From IMG/VR virus record IMGVR_UViG_3300045988_175656: 64,000 nucleotides of DNA, one strand, 5' to 3'. The notes under the pieces are model-generated. The model was given only the letters and a program-made list of their open reading frames with translations. It had not been told where the DNA came from and ran no database searches. This DNA comes from a virus. This document shows, in pieces, positions 27,531 through 36,004 of this stretch (position 1 is its first letter; each line of letters opens with the position of its first letter). The position numbers were made by a program, and so were the translations under genes.

Positions 27531-28256
27531 TTATGCCTTTGATTTAGCTATTAAATTGCGATAATCAACAGTTTTAATCTTAACAATAATTCTCTCTCCC
27601 TGTTTATTAAAAAGTTGAACAGTGGGCTTTAAAACAAGTCCCTCAGCTTCATATTCTGTATTCTCTGCAATTGGGGATTTAAAACCTCTTCTTACCATCT
27701 CTTCTGCTTCTTTCAAAGTCATTTGTCCATAGTAGTAACAAGTAGGCAAATTAAGTTTGGCTGCAATATCAAGTTTAGCATCTCTATCGAGCCACCAACC
27801 ATTAATCATTACATCAAATACACGCACCCCACAATCATTTTTAATGTAATTTCCACCTTTCTGAATTTTCACTCCATACCCCTCTCCATAAATTCTTACA
27901 TTGAGTTCTTTCTTGTTACCATTTTCATCATATTCAGCAGGAAAAATTTCTTGCATCATTTCAACAGTAACAAGTTCTTCCATTTTCTTTTTAAGATGCT
28001 TAGGAATGTCTGCATTAGCTGATTTACCATGAATTTCAAGAGTTGTGCCATCCCAATACCAAAATACATTAGTACCATCTACCTTTTCTTCTGCATCCCA
28101 AAGGCAATTATAAAGGTATTTAAATTCAGGACGTGAAAAATCACCAATAATAATCTGATTTTTTAACGGTCCTTCAGTATAACGTTTATACAATGTATTG
28201 ATTTTTGTATAAGTACGATGATGTTGTTCAAATGCTGTTAATTCCTTTTCTTCCAT
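27531..28256 (-). CDS. ATP-dependent RNA ligase
   Basis: Covalent nucleotidyltransferase motifs: EEKVDGTN (KxDG), GEGYG, EGLVLKP and VKIK. Confidence 0.75.
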   Translation of the reverse strand: MEEKELTAFEQHHRTYTKINTLYKRYTEGPLKNQIIIGDFSRPEFKYLYNCLWDAEEKVDGTNVFWYWDGTTLEIHGKSANADIPKHLKKKMEELVTVEMMQEIFPAEYDENGNKKELNVRIYGEGYGVKIQKGGNYIKNDCGVRVFDVMINGWWLDRDAKLDIAAKLNLPTCYYYGQMTLKEAEEMVRRGFKSPIAENTEYEAEGLVLKPTVQLFNKQGERIIVKIKTVDYRNLIAKSKA

Positions 28257-28262
28257 TTTTTT

Positions 28263-28541
28263 CTAATTTATTTCAAAATTACACAATATTGCTTTTTTAT
28301 TAATTTTAACAATGTTACATGATTTTAAATATGATATATATTCATCTATAAATGAATGTATATAAGGTTTAATTTTTTCAAAATCACAATCACATCCTAT
28401 CCAATCATCTTTTTCATTTTTCTTTATAAAAGTTGAAAAAGACCATTCTTCTTTTTCAAAATCAAAATACACATTTAATTGTAAAAAATATGTTTGATAA
28501 TATTCCCCTTTTTTAAAAATTTTAGTTAATACTGGTTTCAT
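28263..28541 (-). CDS. hypothetical protein
   Basis: 92-aa ATG ORF directly downstream of the RNA ligase gene. Confidence 0.6.
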   Translation of the reverse strand: MKPVLTKIFKKGEYYQTYFLQLNVYFDFEKEEWSFSTFIKKNEKDDWIGCDCDFEKIKPYIHSFIDEYISYLKSCNIVKINKKAILCNFEIN

Positions 28542-29028
28542 TCTTTTTTAACACTTTATCTCTATTTATTAATTTATCTAAACGTGAATTTAAAGGTCTA
28601 TCAAAATTTTCAATTGCTTTCTGTAAAAATTCTTCTTTGGTTATTTCAACCAAATCATAATCATAATCAAAAAATACTTTAAAATCTATTGAAGTATCTC
28701 TCAAACCTTTACCATAGTCACTATTGAAATCATAAACGCCAAACAAACATCTGTTTACAGTTATTAATTTATATGGAAACATATAAATTGTATCATAAAA
28801 CGCACAATTTTTAAATGTTAATTTAAAATATTTATACAGATTAGTTTGCCAAAAATTCAATATTTCCTCATATTGTTTTTCAATTGGAGCTACTTCTTCC
28901 TCATATTTTTTAATTAATTTATCTAATAACTCAACTGATTCTACATCATCTTTTGACTGTTTTTTTTCTCTTTCAAGTTGATTAATTTTTAATCTAAGAT
29001 TAGTCATTTGTTTAATATCTACTGCCAT
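28522..29028 (-). CDS. hypothetical coiled-coil protein
   Basis: The track start at 29049 is TTG; the first ATG is 29028 (MAVDIKQM). Confidence 0.6.
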   Translation of the reverse strand: MAVDIKQMTNLRLKINQLEREKKQSKDDVESVELLDKLIKKYEEEVAPIEKQYEEILNFWQTNLYKYFKLTFKNCAFYDTIYMFPYKLITVNRCLFGVYDFNSDYGKGLRDTSIDFKVFFDYDYDLVEITKEEFLQKAIENFDRPLNSRLDKLINRDKVLKKNETSIN

Positions 29029-29041
29029 AATGATTAAAATT

Positions 29042-29587
29042 TTAAACAAACATTATTAAACAAGCAACTGTAATGATAACAAGTAATCCACCATAGCAAA
29101 AAGCAACAGAGTCACCATCTCCACTATCATATCTATATTCCTTTTCAAATTGCATTTTTTCCTTAATAAAATGTTTTTTAATAAGGGTTTTATGTGGTTT
29201 ATATGAATTAATTAAATTTATCATAATTGGCACACCAATTACCAATACTAAAATACCTATTATTATGCGTATAATATCTTTCCCCACAAATTTCCATACA
29301 ACAACATTCATAGCTGTTTTACCTAATGTTGTTTCAGATATTCGTGTTGCAGAACCTTCAATAGCCATCAATGCACTATTAACACCTTCACCAATTTCTT
29401 TACCCAAACCTGCCCATTTACCAATAGTTTTATAAGTGTTCTCTTTTTCAATACTTTCTTTAACATTGATTGGAAGAGCATTATATTGCTCTGCTGTAAG
29501 AGTTACAGTACTATTACTACTATTCTGTGCAAATGTCACAAAGCAAGTTAAAAAACTAAAAATTAATAAAATTAAAACTTTTTTCAT
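29042..29587 (-). CDS. secreted/membrane protein
   Basis: N-terminal signal-like MKKVLILLIFSFLTCFVTFA plus two C-terminal hydrophobic helices. Confidence 0.65.
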   Translation of the reverse strand: MKKVLILLIFSFLTCFVTFAQNSSNSTVTLTAEQYNALPINVKESIEKENTYKTIGKWAGLGKEIGEGVNSALMAIEGSATRISETTLGKTAMNVVVWKFVGKDIIRIIIGILVLVIGVPIMINLINSYKPHKTLIKKHFIKEKMQFEKEYRYDSGDGDSVAFCYGGLLVIITVACLIMFV

Positions 29588-29588
29588 A

Positions 29589-29714
29589 TTATTTTTCTTC
29601 TTTTATTTCTTCAAATTCAATACCAAATTCTTTACAATCTTCTATAAATGATTCAAGCGTGGCTGTTTCTAACCATTCATCCATTAATTCAATTACAGAT
29701 TTTTCACACTCCAT
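29589..29714 (-). CDS. small acidic hypothetical protein (41 aa)
   Basis: ATG ORF MECEKSVIELMDEW...EEIKEEK, below the track cutoff. TAAT-ATG junction with the next gene. Confidence 0.35.
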   Translation of the reverse strand: MECEKSVIELMDEWLETATLESFIEDCKEFGIEFEEIKEEK

Positions 29715-30024
29715 GTTCATTAGCCATTAAATATAAATCAATCCAAGCAGCCATAGCTTCATACCCTTCACAATTATGAATTACTTGTCGTTTAGCATTA
29801 TCAACAGCAAGATATGTGTCAAATTCATTATTTTTTTCACCATCAAATATTTTATATACAACAACATTTTTGTCACCTTTAACTGTATGACCGCCCCATT
29901 GTGGTTTATCTTTTTGTACCCATTCAGTTAAGTCTCGTTCAAGAAACCAATGCAAATGATTATTATCTGTTTGAATATATTTACAATTTTTCTTTTCTCT
30001 TTCAATAAGTTCTTCTAATGTCAT
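29704..30024 (-). CDS. hypothetical protein
   Basis: 106-aa ATG ORF. Confidence 0.65.
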   Translation of the reverse strand: MTLEELIEREKKNCKYIQTDNNHLHWFLERDLTEWVQKDKPQWGGHTVKGDKNVVVYKIFDGEKNNEFDTYLAVDNAKRQVIHNCEGYEAMAAWIDLYLMANEHGV

Positions 30025-30030
30025 AATATT

Positions 30031-30228
30031 TTAATTAAATGTAATTACTATATGTTGAGATAAAAATACAATTGTTTCAATTAAAAAACCAAAAAGAAAT
30101 ACACTACCTATAATAGCAAATCTTTTATATTTTTTGATTGAATAATCATTTAATAATGCTGAATTGAATATGTACCATATCCAACATGTAAGTCCTAATA
30201 TTAAAAATATAATACTCGTTATTGCCAT
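30031..30228 (-). CDS. two-TM small membrane protein, paralogue A
   Basis: 65 aa with two hydrophobic helices. Shares ..F[LI]IETIV[FI].. and the I.IT[FW] C-terminus with 30219-30422. Confidence 0.6.
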   Translation of the reverse strand: MAITSIIFLILGLTCWIWYIFNSALLNDYSIKKYKRFAIIGSVFLFGFLIETIVFLSQHIVITFN

Positions 30229-30422
30229 GTTATTTGTATATTATTACCAACAATAAAAATTACAATAGTTTCTATAAAAATTAGAAGTATAAATCCAATT
30301 AATATTGAATTTATAATATATCCATCTGATTTTTCATAAGAAGTATCTGTCATTAATATTTTAATGAAGCAGAACATTATCATAAACGATATATAAAGTA
30401 CATTTGTTCCTGTAACAAGCAT
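30219..30422 (-). CDS. two-TM small membrane protein, paralogue B
   Basis: 67 aa with two hydrophobic helices. Tandem paralogue of 30031-30228. Confidence 0.6.
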   Translation of the reverse strand: MLVTGTNVLYISFMIMFCFIKILMTDTSYEKSDGYIINSILIGFILLIFIETIVIFIVGNNIQITWQ

Positions 30423-30447
30423 AACTAATTGTTTTATTATTATGGTA

Positions 30448-30492
30448 CAAAGATATGAACTAATATTTAGTTTACCAAATTTAAAATGTTAA
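30448..30492 (-). promoter_or_regulatory. early-type promoter cassette (TTTG-N20-TATCTTTG)
   Basis: Complement strand: TTAACATTTTAAATTTGG..N..TATCTTTGTACC. Upstream of 30219-30422. Confidence 0.6.
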
Positions 30493-30828
30493 TTAATCTT
30501 TAATTGGTACAATTTTATATCCACAATCTTTTAATGCTTCTTCCATAAAAGCCATTCCACAGTTACTACCTAACCATTGAATAATAGTTGATGCAATTAG
30601 TTTATCATTTGGTGACATAACATGATGCCAAGAACCATCATCAGCAATAAAAAGGTCTTGAAGTATTCCATTCCCTCGATTAATCCAAGAACATTTAGTA
30701 TTGTTCTTTCTCCAATGTTTAGAAAATGCTTCTTCTCTTGGATTTGTTTCATTCAATCTATGATTATGAAATCCAATATAACGTTTGCCAATTGTTTTAG
30801 CTTTTTGTTTCATTTCTTCACTATCCAT
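30493..30828 (-). CDS. hypothetical protein
   Basis: The track start at 30879 is TTG beyond the TATATTTG box (30854-30861). The first ATG is 30828 (MDSEEMKQ). Confidence 0.65.
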   Translation of the reverse strand: MDSEEMKQKAKTIGKRYIGFHNHRLNETNPREEAFSKHWRKNNTKCSWINRGNGILQDLFIADDGSWHHVMSPNDKLIASTIIQWLGSNCGMAFMEEALKDCGYKIVPIKD

Positions 30829-30853
30829 ATATAAATCTATTTTTAATACTATG

Positions 30854-30861
30854 CAAATATA
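30854..30861 (-). promoter_or_regulatory. Bacteroidota-type -7 box TATATTTG
   Basis: caaatata, 26 nt upstream of ATG 30828. Confidence 0.5.
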
Positions 30862-30906
30862 CGAATTAATTATGAACAAAGAAAAAATATTTTAATAAAA
30901 TATGTG

Positions 30907-30944
30907 AATTTTTGCGATTAGTTTAATAATAATTATTAAACTAA
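30907..30944 (+). promoter_or_regulatory. MASTF-type leader element 12, orphan (covarying variant)
   Basis: AATTTTTG box; palindrome TTAGTTTAATAATAATTATTAAACTAA (C/G changed to A/T in both arms). Only a 4-codon ORF (30960-30974) follows, then terminator 31001-31028. Confidence 0.55.
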
Positions 30945-31000
30945 TTAACAACACAGAAAAATGTCATCTCTGTAACCATATATGGCGTTATATGGGAAAG

Positions 31001-31028
31001 TCCCTCAAAATTTTTTGAGGGATTTTTT
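31001..31028 (+). terminator. intrinsic terminator after the orphan MASTF-type leader
   Basis: CCCTCAAA-attt-TTTGAGGG followed by GATTTTTT. Confidence 0.6.
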
Positions 31029-31037
31029 GTTATATAA

Positions 31038-31078
31038 TGTTATTTTTTTAAGTAGTTTACTAATAATTAGTAAACTAA
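31038..31078 (+). promoter_or_regulatory. MASTF leader element 10
   Basis: TGTTATTTTTTT; palindrome GTAGTTTACTAATAATTAGTAAACTAA at 31052-31078; ATG at 31086. Confidence 0.7.
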
Positions 31079-31085
31079 CAAAACA

Positions 31086-31451
31086 ATGGCAAGCGAATTT
31101 AGAATTTACCAATATGGTAAACCAAAACCTATTACAGTAAAATGGAGTATGGTAAATAACATGCAAAATCCACCTGCTTGTATTCAATCATTCCATTTTT
31201 ATTTTAATAATGGAAAAACTATAAATATACAAGGTGGTGGTGGAATATGTTATGGTAGTACAAGAAATGGTACTATAAGTGGGATAGCATCTGCAAGCGA
31301 TTTTCCACTCACAATAACATCTTATGAATATCAATATTCTAGTAATCCTAATACCTCTGGAATGAACTATTCTGTAAACATTTCATCTTATACATATAGT
31401 GATTATCAACAAGGAAAAACATTAGAAATTACAGTTAACAGTTATATTTAA
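31086..31451 (+). CDS. MASTF-family protein 10 (MASEF variant)
   Basis: Starts MASEFRIYQYG; palindrome at 31052-31078. Confidence 0.75.
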   Translation: MASEFRIYQYGKPKPITVKWSMVNNMQNPPACIQSFHFYFNNGKTINIQGGGGICYGSTRNGTISGIASASDFPLTITSYEYQYSSNPNTSGMNYSVNISSYTYSDYQQGKTLEITVNSYI

Positions 31452-31457
31452 TCTTAT

Positions 31458-31475
31458 TGTACTCAATTGAGTACA
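31458..31475. repeat. GTACTCAATTGAGTAC palindrome, copy A2
   Basis: TGTACTCAATTGAGTACA, 6 nt after the stop of 31086-31451. Confidence 0.8.
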
Positions 31476-31496
31476 TTTAACTTGCTATATAAAAAT

Positions 31497-31545
31497 AAGA
31501 TTACCTAACCTTAGTTATCACGCTAAAAGTTAGGTAATCTTTTTA
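31497..31545. terminator. bidirectional intrinsic terminator
   Basis: AAGATTACCTAAC...GTTAGGTAATCTTTTT between 31086-31451(+) and 31555-32649(-). Confidence 0.65.
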
Positions 31546-31554
31546 ATTTAAGTA

Positions 31555-32649
31555 TTATGCTGCAATTAACAAATCAAACGCTTTTTGACATTTCTTGTAA
31601 GCATCACCATCAATAAGGCTGTTGAATCTTTCTTCTGCACCATTCTTATACGTTTTGTTGTTATTGTAGAATGATGTAAACCCATTGTACACCCACAACT
31701 TAGTACCTCTCCAATATTCTTGACCAACACCATTCTCTATTGTATCACGCAAATCTTGAATCTGATTTTTTGCTCGTGTTGAAATTTCTTCAACTGAATC
31801 AATGTTCATGTTTGCCATTTTCAGCAATTTCATTTGTGCATCATTCAAGAATACATTTGCAACAGTTTCTTTAATCTGTGCATCTGTAAATGATTGTTGT
31901 GTAAGGTTATTCAAATATGCTTCAACATTCTGTCTGTAAAGTCCATGAAGCCCAAGTACTTGCTTTGCTTTCTTCAAGTTTTCTTCATCAGAAAAATCCA
32001 AACGTTCGTTAACCTTTGAAGTATGTTTGAATATCAATTTGTTTTTACATTCACGAAGTGCCATATTAAGAGTATTCTCACAGACTACACGAATTGGAGT
32101 GAACAATACAGTTACCGCACCCGAACCATCATGTGTGTTTGTAAAGAGAATGTAATCTTCAACCACATCTTTGTTATTGCCACCAATTTGGATATTATGT
32201 GGCATACGGGCTGTTACATACATTCTTTCTCCAACTCCAAGAACACCTGCTGTTTCAATAATAGGAGCATCACCACCCAAACGTCCCGAAGTGATAATAT
32301 CAATAAATTCAAATGCTTTTGCATTTTGAACAACTCCATAACCACTACCAACAACACCAAGTGTAATATCATTATCATCACGAACTGTTGCCATGTGAGA
32401 AGTTATAATATCTTTTGGCTTCAAATCCAAGAATTGAGTGTAATCAGTACCTTCTTTGATAGCTCTAATTGCATCATCTGAAAGTCTTACAAGAGTATCT
32501 TTACGAACTGAATAATCAGCACCACATTCGGCTACTGCTTGACTGATAGGTACAGGGGTTGAATAGTTTTGACAACCTTTAACACCTCTCCATGCTCTTT
32601 GAACAGGAGTATCATTCATTCTCAAACGGACTACATTGTTATCTGCCAT
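31555..32649 (-). CDS. DUF932-family phage/plasmid-like protein
   Basis: 364 aa. VRKD...LGVVGSGYGVVQN..AFEF...ETAGVLG.GERM and NTHDGSGAV..LFTPIRVVCENTL match DUF932/TIGR03299 hallmarks. Confidence 0.75.
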   Translation of the reverse strand: MADNNVVRLRMNDTPVQRAWRGVKGCQNYSTPVPISQAVAECGADYSVRKDTLVRLSDDAIRAIKEGTDYTQFLDLKPKDIITSHMATVRDDNDITLGVVGSGYGVVQNAKAFEFIDIITSGRLGGDAPIIETAGVLGVGERMYVTARMPHNIQIGGNNKDVVEDYILFTNTHDGSGAVTVLFTPIRVVCENTLNMALRECKNKLIFKHTSKVNERLDFSDEENLKKAKQVLGLHGLYRQNVEAYLNNLTQQSFTDAQIKETVANVFLNDAQMKLLKMANMNIDSVEEISTRAKNQIQDLRDTIENGVGQEYWRGTKLWVYNGFTSFYNNNKTYKNGAEERFNSLIDGDAYKKCQKAFDLLIAA

Positions 32650-32661
32650 AATACTTATTTG

Positions 32662-32940
32662 TTATGATTTTTTGTATGAAACTTTAATTGCTAACTTATT
32701 CTTGCTGAAAATGCAAGGTGTTTGGCTTCTTCTGCCATTAGTGTAACGAGCAATGTTACCTAACATTTTTTCGTCTGTACCATACGTTTGTGGCAAATAA
32801 ATTGCCAATTCAATAATGTTACCTGTTGCATCATCTTTAATCATCTGACGATTTTTAAAGCCATGAACTTGACACAATTTTGTGAAGTTCAATTGTTCTT
32901 TCCTTGAAAAGAAAGGATTCTTTTTGTTCTTAACTATCAT
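32662..32940 (-). CDS. hypothetical protein
   Basis: The track start at 32985 is TTG inside the promoter box (32983-32990). The first ATG is 32940 (MIVKNKKNP). Confidence 0.6.
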   Translation of the reverse strand: MIVKNKKNPFFSRKEQLNFTKLCQVHGFKNRQMIKDDATGNIIELAIYLPQTYGTDEKMLGNIARYTNGRRSQTPCIFSKNKLAIKVSYKKS

Positions 32941-32982
32941 ATTATTGTAAATTAAATTGTTATTTGTTTTCTTTTTACAATG

Positions 32983-33014
32983 CAAATATATGAATTAATT
33001 TTTAAACCACCAAA
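32983..33014 (-). promoter_or_regulatory. early-type promoter (TTTG-N20-TATATTTG)
   Basis: caaatata at 32983-32990 and caaa at 33011-33014 on the plus strand. Upstream of 32662-32940. Confidence 0.6.
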
Positions 33015-33033
33015 TATTAATTGATTTTTTAAT

Positions 33034-33312
33034 CTATTTTAATATTTCATTCTCGCAACCCATTTCCTTTAACATTTCTTTAACTTGTTCTTTCTCTTTA
33101 TCTGAATATACAAGGTTATCCAATACTTTTTGGAATGGTTGTAATCCATTTTTAAGAGTCTTACGAGCTTCACATCGCCCCATTTCAGCGTGTAAATAAG
33201 CCACATGTTCAATGTATTCATTTTCGGTCATGTCATAAGCAGTAATACTGCCCATTATTGTATTTAATCTACACAAAAGACCATTAGGTTGTTTGGCTAC
33301 TATTACTCCCAT
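33034..33312 (-). CDS. hypothetical protein
   Basis: 92-aa ATG ORF in the leftward array. Confidence 0.6.
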   Translation of the reverse strand: MGVIVAKQPNGLLCRLNTIMGSITAYDMTENEYIEHVAYLHAEMGRCEARKTLKNGLQPFQKVLDNLVYSDKEKEQVKEMLKEMGCENEILK

Positions 33313-33317
33313 GATTT

Positions 33318-33545
33318 TTATTTATTGTTTATTACAGTGGTAATCCATTCTTTAGCTGCATTAATTTTTTCAGTTTCCCTATCTAACAAATAAGCAAAAT
33401 TGTTTCTAAAACTATTCCTATCTTGTTGTTCAGTGATACCAAATTTTTTTAGTAATTCATCAAGCCCCGAATAAATATTACCATAAGAAAAATCTTTCAA
33501 TAATTCTAAGGAATGTCTTAATGCTTTATTTTCTAACTCTGTCAT
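33318..33545 (-). CDS. hypothetical protein
   Basis: The track start at 33569 is TTG inside the GTACTCAATTGAGTAC palindrome. The first ATG is 33545 (MTELENK). Confidence 0.6.
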   Translation of the reverse strand: MTELENKALRHSLELLKDFSYGNIYSGLDELLKKFGITEQQDRNSFRNNFAYLLDRETEKINAAKEWITTVINNK

Positions 33546-33560
33546 AATAATAAATGTTAA

Positions 33561-33578
33561 TGTACTCAATTGAGTACA
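33561..33578. repeat. GTACTCAATTGAGTAC palindrome, copy A3
   Basis: TGTACTCAATTGAGTACA, intergenic between 33584-33799 and 33318-33545. Confidence 0.8.
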
Positions 33579-33583
33579 ATATA

Positions 33584-33799
33584 TTACAAAATTTTATAAT
33601 AATACTCTTTACTAATAGATTTTAATGATACAAACCTATCAGCAAGTTCTTTTGTCTCAAACTCATAGTATTTAACATTTTCTTCATCTTCATTATACAG
33701 CATGAATGCAGTTCCATATTCAAAACTATCCACTTGTTCAAAAGTATAATGTGTTTTCTTAAACAAGAAAACATAAAACATTATTTCATTTGTAATCAT
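33584..33799 (-). CDS. hypothetical protein
   Basis: 71-aa ATG ORF; ATGA-type overlap with the upstream gene. Confidence 0.6.
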   Translation of the reverse strand: MITNEIMFYVFLFKKTHYTFEQVDSFEYGTAFMLYNEDEENVKYYEFETKELADRFVSLKSISKEYYYKIL

Positions 33800-34077
33800 T
33801 TCCGCATTCCTTTTAATATTTTTTGACTTATTAACAATCCTGTATCTTCTTCAATCTCCAATGTAGTAAGCATTATTCGATAATGTTTCTCCTTTTGATT
33901 TTTATAATCTTTTATCATCAATTCTCTTACCTCTTTAAAGTTTTCATCAAACAGTTTTTGAAGGGTTTTTAATCCCTTCAAACCTGCTGCTTGTTCTTTA
34001 TTTGTGTACAAGGTAATCCAATTGTTATCAGTTAATATCAAATAACAATAAACTTCTAATTGATAAAGTTGTTTCAT
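33796..34077 (-). CDS. hypothetical protein
   Basis: 93-aa ATG ORF; 1-nt overlap with the upstream gene. Confidence 0.6.
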   Translation of the reverse strand: MKQLYQLEVYCYLILTDNNWITLYTNKEQAAGLKGLKTLQKLFDENFKEVRELMIKDYKNQKEKHYRIMLTTLEIEEDTGLLISQKILKGMRK

Positions 34078-34262
34078 TAATTCAATTTTATTTTTAATAC
34101 ACGATTATCAACTTCTCGCATTGTATCAAGAAGTTTTACTCTCTGTTTAACGATTTTCATATTCCAAGAGAGTTTATTTTGAAGCCTGTTCCATGCACAT
34201 TCTTCACTATCCTCATGTAAAACATAGAGGGTATTATGATGCTTGAATATATAAGTGTTCAT
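34077..34262 (-). CDS. hypothetical protein
   Basis: 61-aa ATG ORF; 4-nt overlap with the upstream gene. Confidence 0.55.
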   Translation of the reverse strand: MNTYIFKHHNTLYVLHEDSEECAWNRLQNKLSWNMKIVKQRVKLLDTMREVDNRVLKIKLN

Positions 34263-34486
34263 TGTTTTACCTCAATTGACAAAAGGAAATCATTCTTTAA
34301 TGTTGGAATCAATACATTTTTGTGATATGGATTATAATCAAACCTAATAAAGTCATACAATTCTCTTATTGCATCTTTTTTATCAGAGCAACTAACATAC
34401 AAAATATTGTTTCTTTGATTGATTGAAAAATCTTTAGCACCTTGACACTTTAAGAAAAACGAAACTGTTTTAATTACTCTTTCCAT
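34259..34486 (-). CDS. hypothetical protein
   Basis: 75-aa ATG ORF, the first gene after promoter cassette 34513-34557. Confidence 0.6.
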   Translation of the reverse strand: MERVIKTVSFFLKCQGAKDFSINQRNNILYVSCSDKKDAIRELYDFIRFDYNPYHKNVLIPTLKNDFLLSIEVKQ

Positions 34487-34512
34487 AATACTATATGTTT
34501 TTAAATTTGATA

Positions 34513-34557
34513 CAAAGATAATACATTAATTGAAATATAACAAAGTTTTTTAGTTAA
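34513..34557 (-). promoter_or_regulatory. early-type promoter cassette (TTTG-N20-TATCTTTG)
   Basis: Plus strand: caaagata at 34513-34520, caaa at 34541-34544, tagttaa ending at 34557 (contains the upstream stop codon). Confidence 0.65.
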
Positions 34558-35051
34558 AGTTCATTAATTTCTTTAATTTGAAACTTTTTAAAATCATCAA
34601 GTTTATACAAATACCAATAAGTAGGATTAGTATAATCACCCGACAAATTAGTAAAACTAATGATAAGATATGTTTCTCCTGCTTCCAATGATGGCATATC
34701 TTTCAGTGAAACATCATATTTTAGTTCCCCATTAATAATTGTTTCAAAAGGAAAATTGTGAAAAAAATCATAACCAAGAATTTTTACATATTCTTCAAGA
34801 GAAAATTCTGAATTATAAACAAATTTATAAGCCAAATAATGATGGTCAAATCCATCAACATATTTTTCAAACAAATAATCGTTCCCTCTCATGTTAACAA
34901 AGTTCATTTTATCAAACATTTGTTTTTTAACACGTTCTTTTTCCTTTTCTTCTTGAAGTTTTTCCTCATGTTTTATACACGCTTCTTCTGAATTGAAAAC
35001 TTTACCATCACAAGCCACAAAAGTAGCTACAATTGTATTTATCTTCTCCAT
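34554..35051 (-). CDS. hypothetical protein
   Basis: 165-aa ATG ORF. Confidence 0.65.
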   Translation of the reverse strand: MEKINTIVATFVACDGKVFNSEEACIKHEEKLQEEKEKERVKKQMFDKMNFVNMRGNDYLFEKYVDGFDHHYLAYKFVYNSEFSLEEYVKILGYDFFHNFPFETIINGELKYDVSLKDMPSLEAGETYLIISFTNLSGDYTNPTYWYLYKLDDFKKFQIKEINEL

Positions 35052-35052
35052 A

Positions 35053-35619
35053 TTATTTTACATTATTTATTAATTGTTTAATATTTGGATTTGTTGAGAG
35101 CAATCCGATTTTTTCAAACATTTCATCATCATTTTCTGCCATGATGTTAGACAAATTTTCAACTACTTCACCGTTTTCTAAAATGGTTACATCAAAACTG
35201 CCAATGACAAACCAATTATTCATTAGTTTAATTTCATCTTTGATAACATTCTTTGCCTTATCAATAACAACTTGTTTCTTAGCTCTCTGTAACTCATGCC
35301 ATATAGTACGAACTGTTCTCTTGGAGCAGGTTACAATTCCTACACAAAACATATTTGTCACTAAATCAGACACATCAACAAGAAATGTTTTAGTTTTAAT
35401 ACAATAATGAAGATACATTACTATATTTTCTTGTTTATTAACAGATTTTACAGCTTCTTCCACATTTTGAAAATTATGTTTAAAACCAAAATCAGCAATT
35501 TTATTAAGCGTTTGGTCTATTACATAAACTTTTACAAGTCCTCTTTGAATTAAAGGATTTTCTATATTCTTATTTGGTTCAATATTCAATGTTAAATTTT
35601 TATATCTACTTACTATCAT
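35053..35619 (-). CDS. hypothetical protein
   Basis: 188-aa ATG ORF. Confidence 0.65.
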   Translation of the reverse strand: MIVSRYKNLTLNIEPNKNIENPLIQRGLVKVYVIDQTLNKIADFGFKHNFQNVEEAVKSVNKQENIVMYLHYCIKTKTFLVDVSDLVTNMFCVGIVTCSKRTVRTIWHELQRAKKQVVIDKAKNVIKDEIKLMNNWFVIGSFDVTILENGEVVENLSNIMAENDDEMFEKIGLLSTNPNIKQLINNVK

Positions 35620-35621
35620 AT

Positions 35622-35993
35622 TTATTCATTCTCTCCTTTCTTAAACAAACACCATTCGCAATTATCATCCATATCTACAAGGAAATTTCCTTGTCTTATC
35701 CATTTTGGCAACAATGATTTATGTTTCATTGCATCAATCAATCTGTTAATACATCTTACATCAGTATTATAAACTGCATCAGTAATCATTTTCTGATATT
35801 TCATAATAACAGATGTTGAATGTCTTTGTATTGTGTGTCCCATATACTCGCCACCATATTTAAGCATGGTTTCAAGTTCTGTTCTGTTAATATGGTCTTG
35901 TAAACATAAAACAATTACAGTAGTCCAATCAAAACTATTTGCTAAGTCATAAGCGATTTTTTTCTTTAATGTTTCAACTCTAATTTTATCCAT
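35622..35993 (-). CDS. hypothetical protein
   Basis: 123-aa ATG ORF. Confidence 0.65.
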   Translation of the reverse strand: MDKIRVETLKKKIAYDLANSFDWTTVIVLCLQDHINRTELETMLKYGGEYMGHTIQRHSTSVIMKYQKMITDAVYNTDVRCINRLIDAMKHKSLLPKWIRQGNFLVDMDDNCEWCLFKKGENE

Positions 35994-36004
35994 AGTTTTT
36001 TTAA

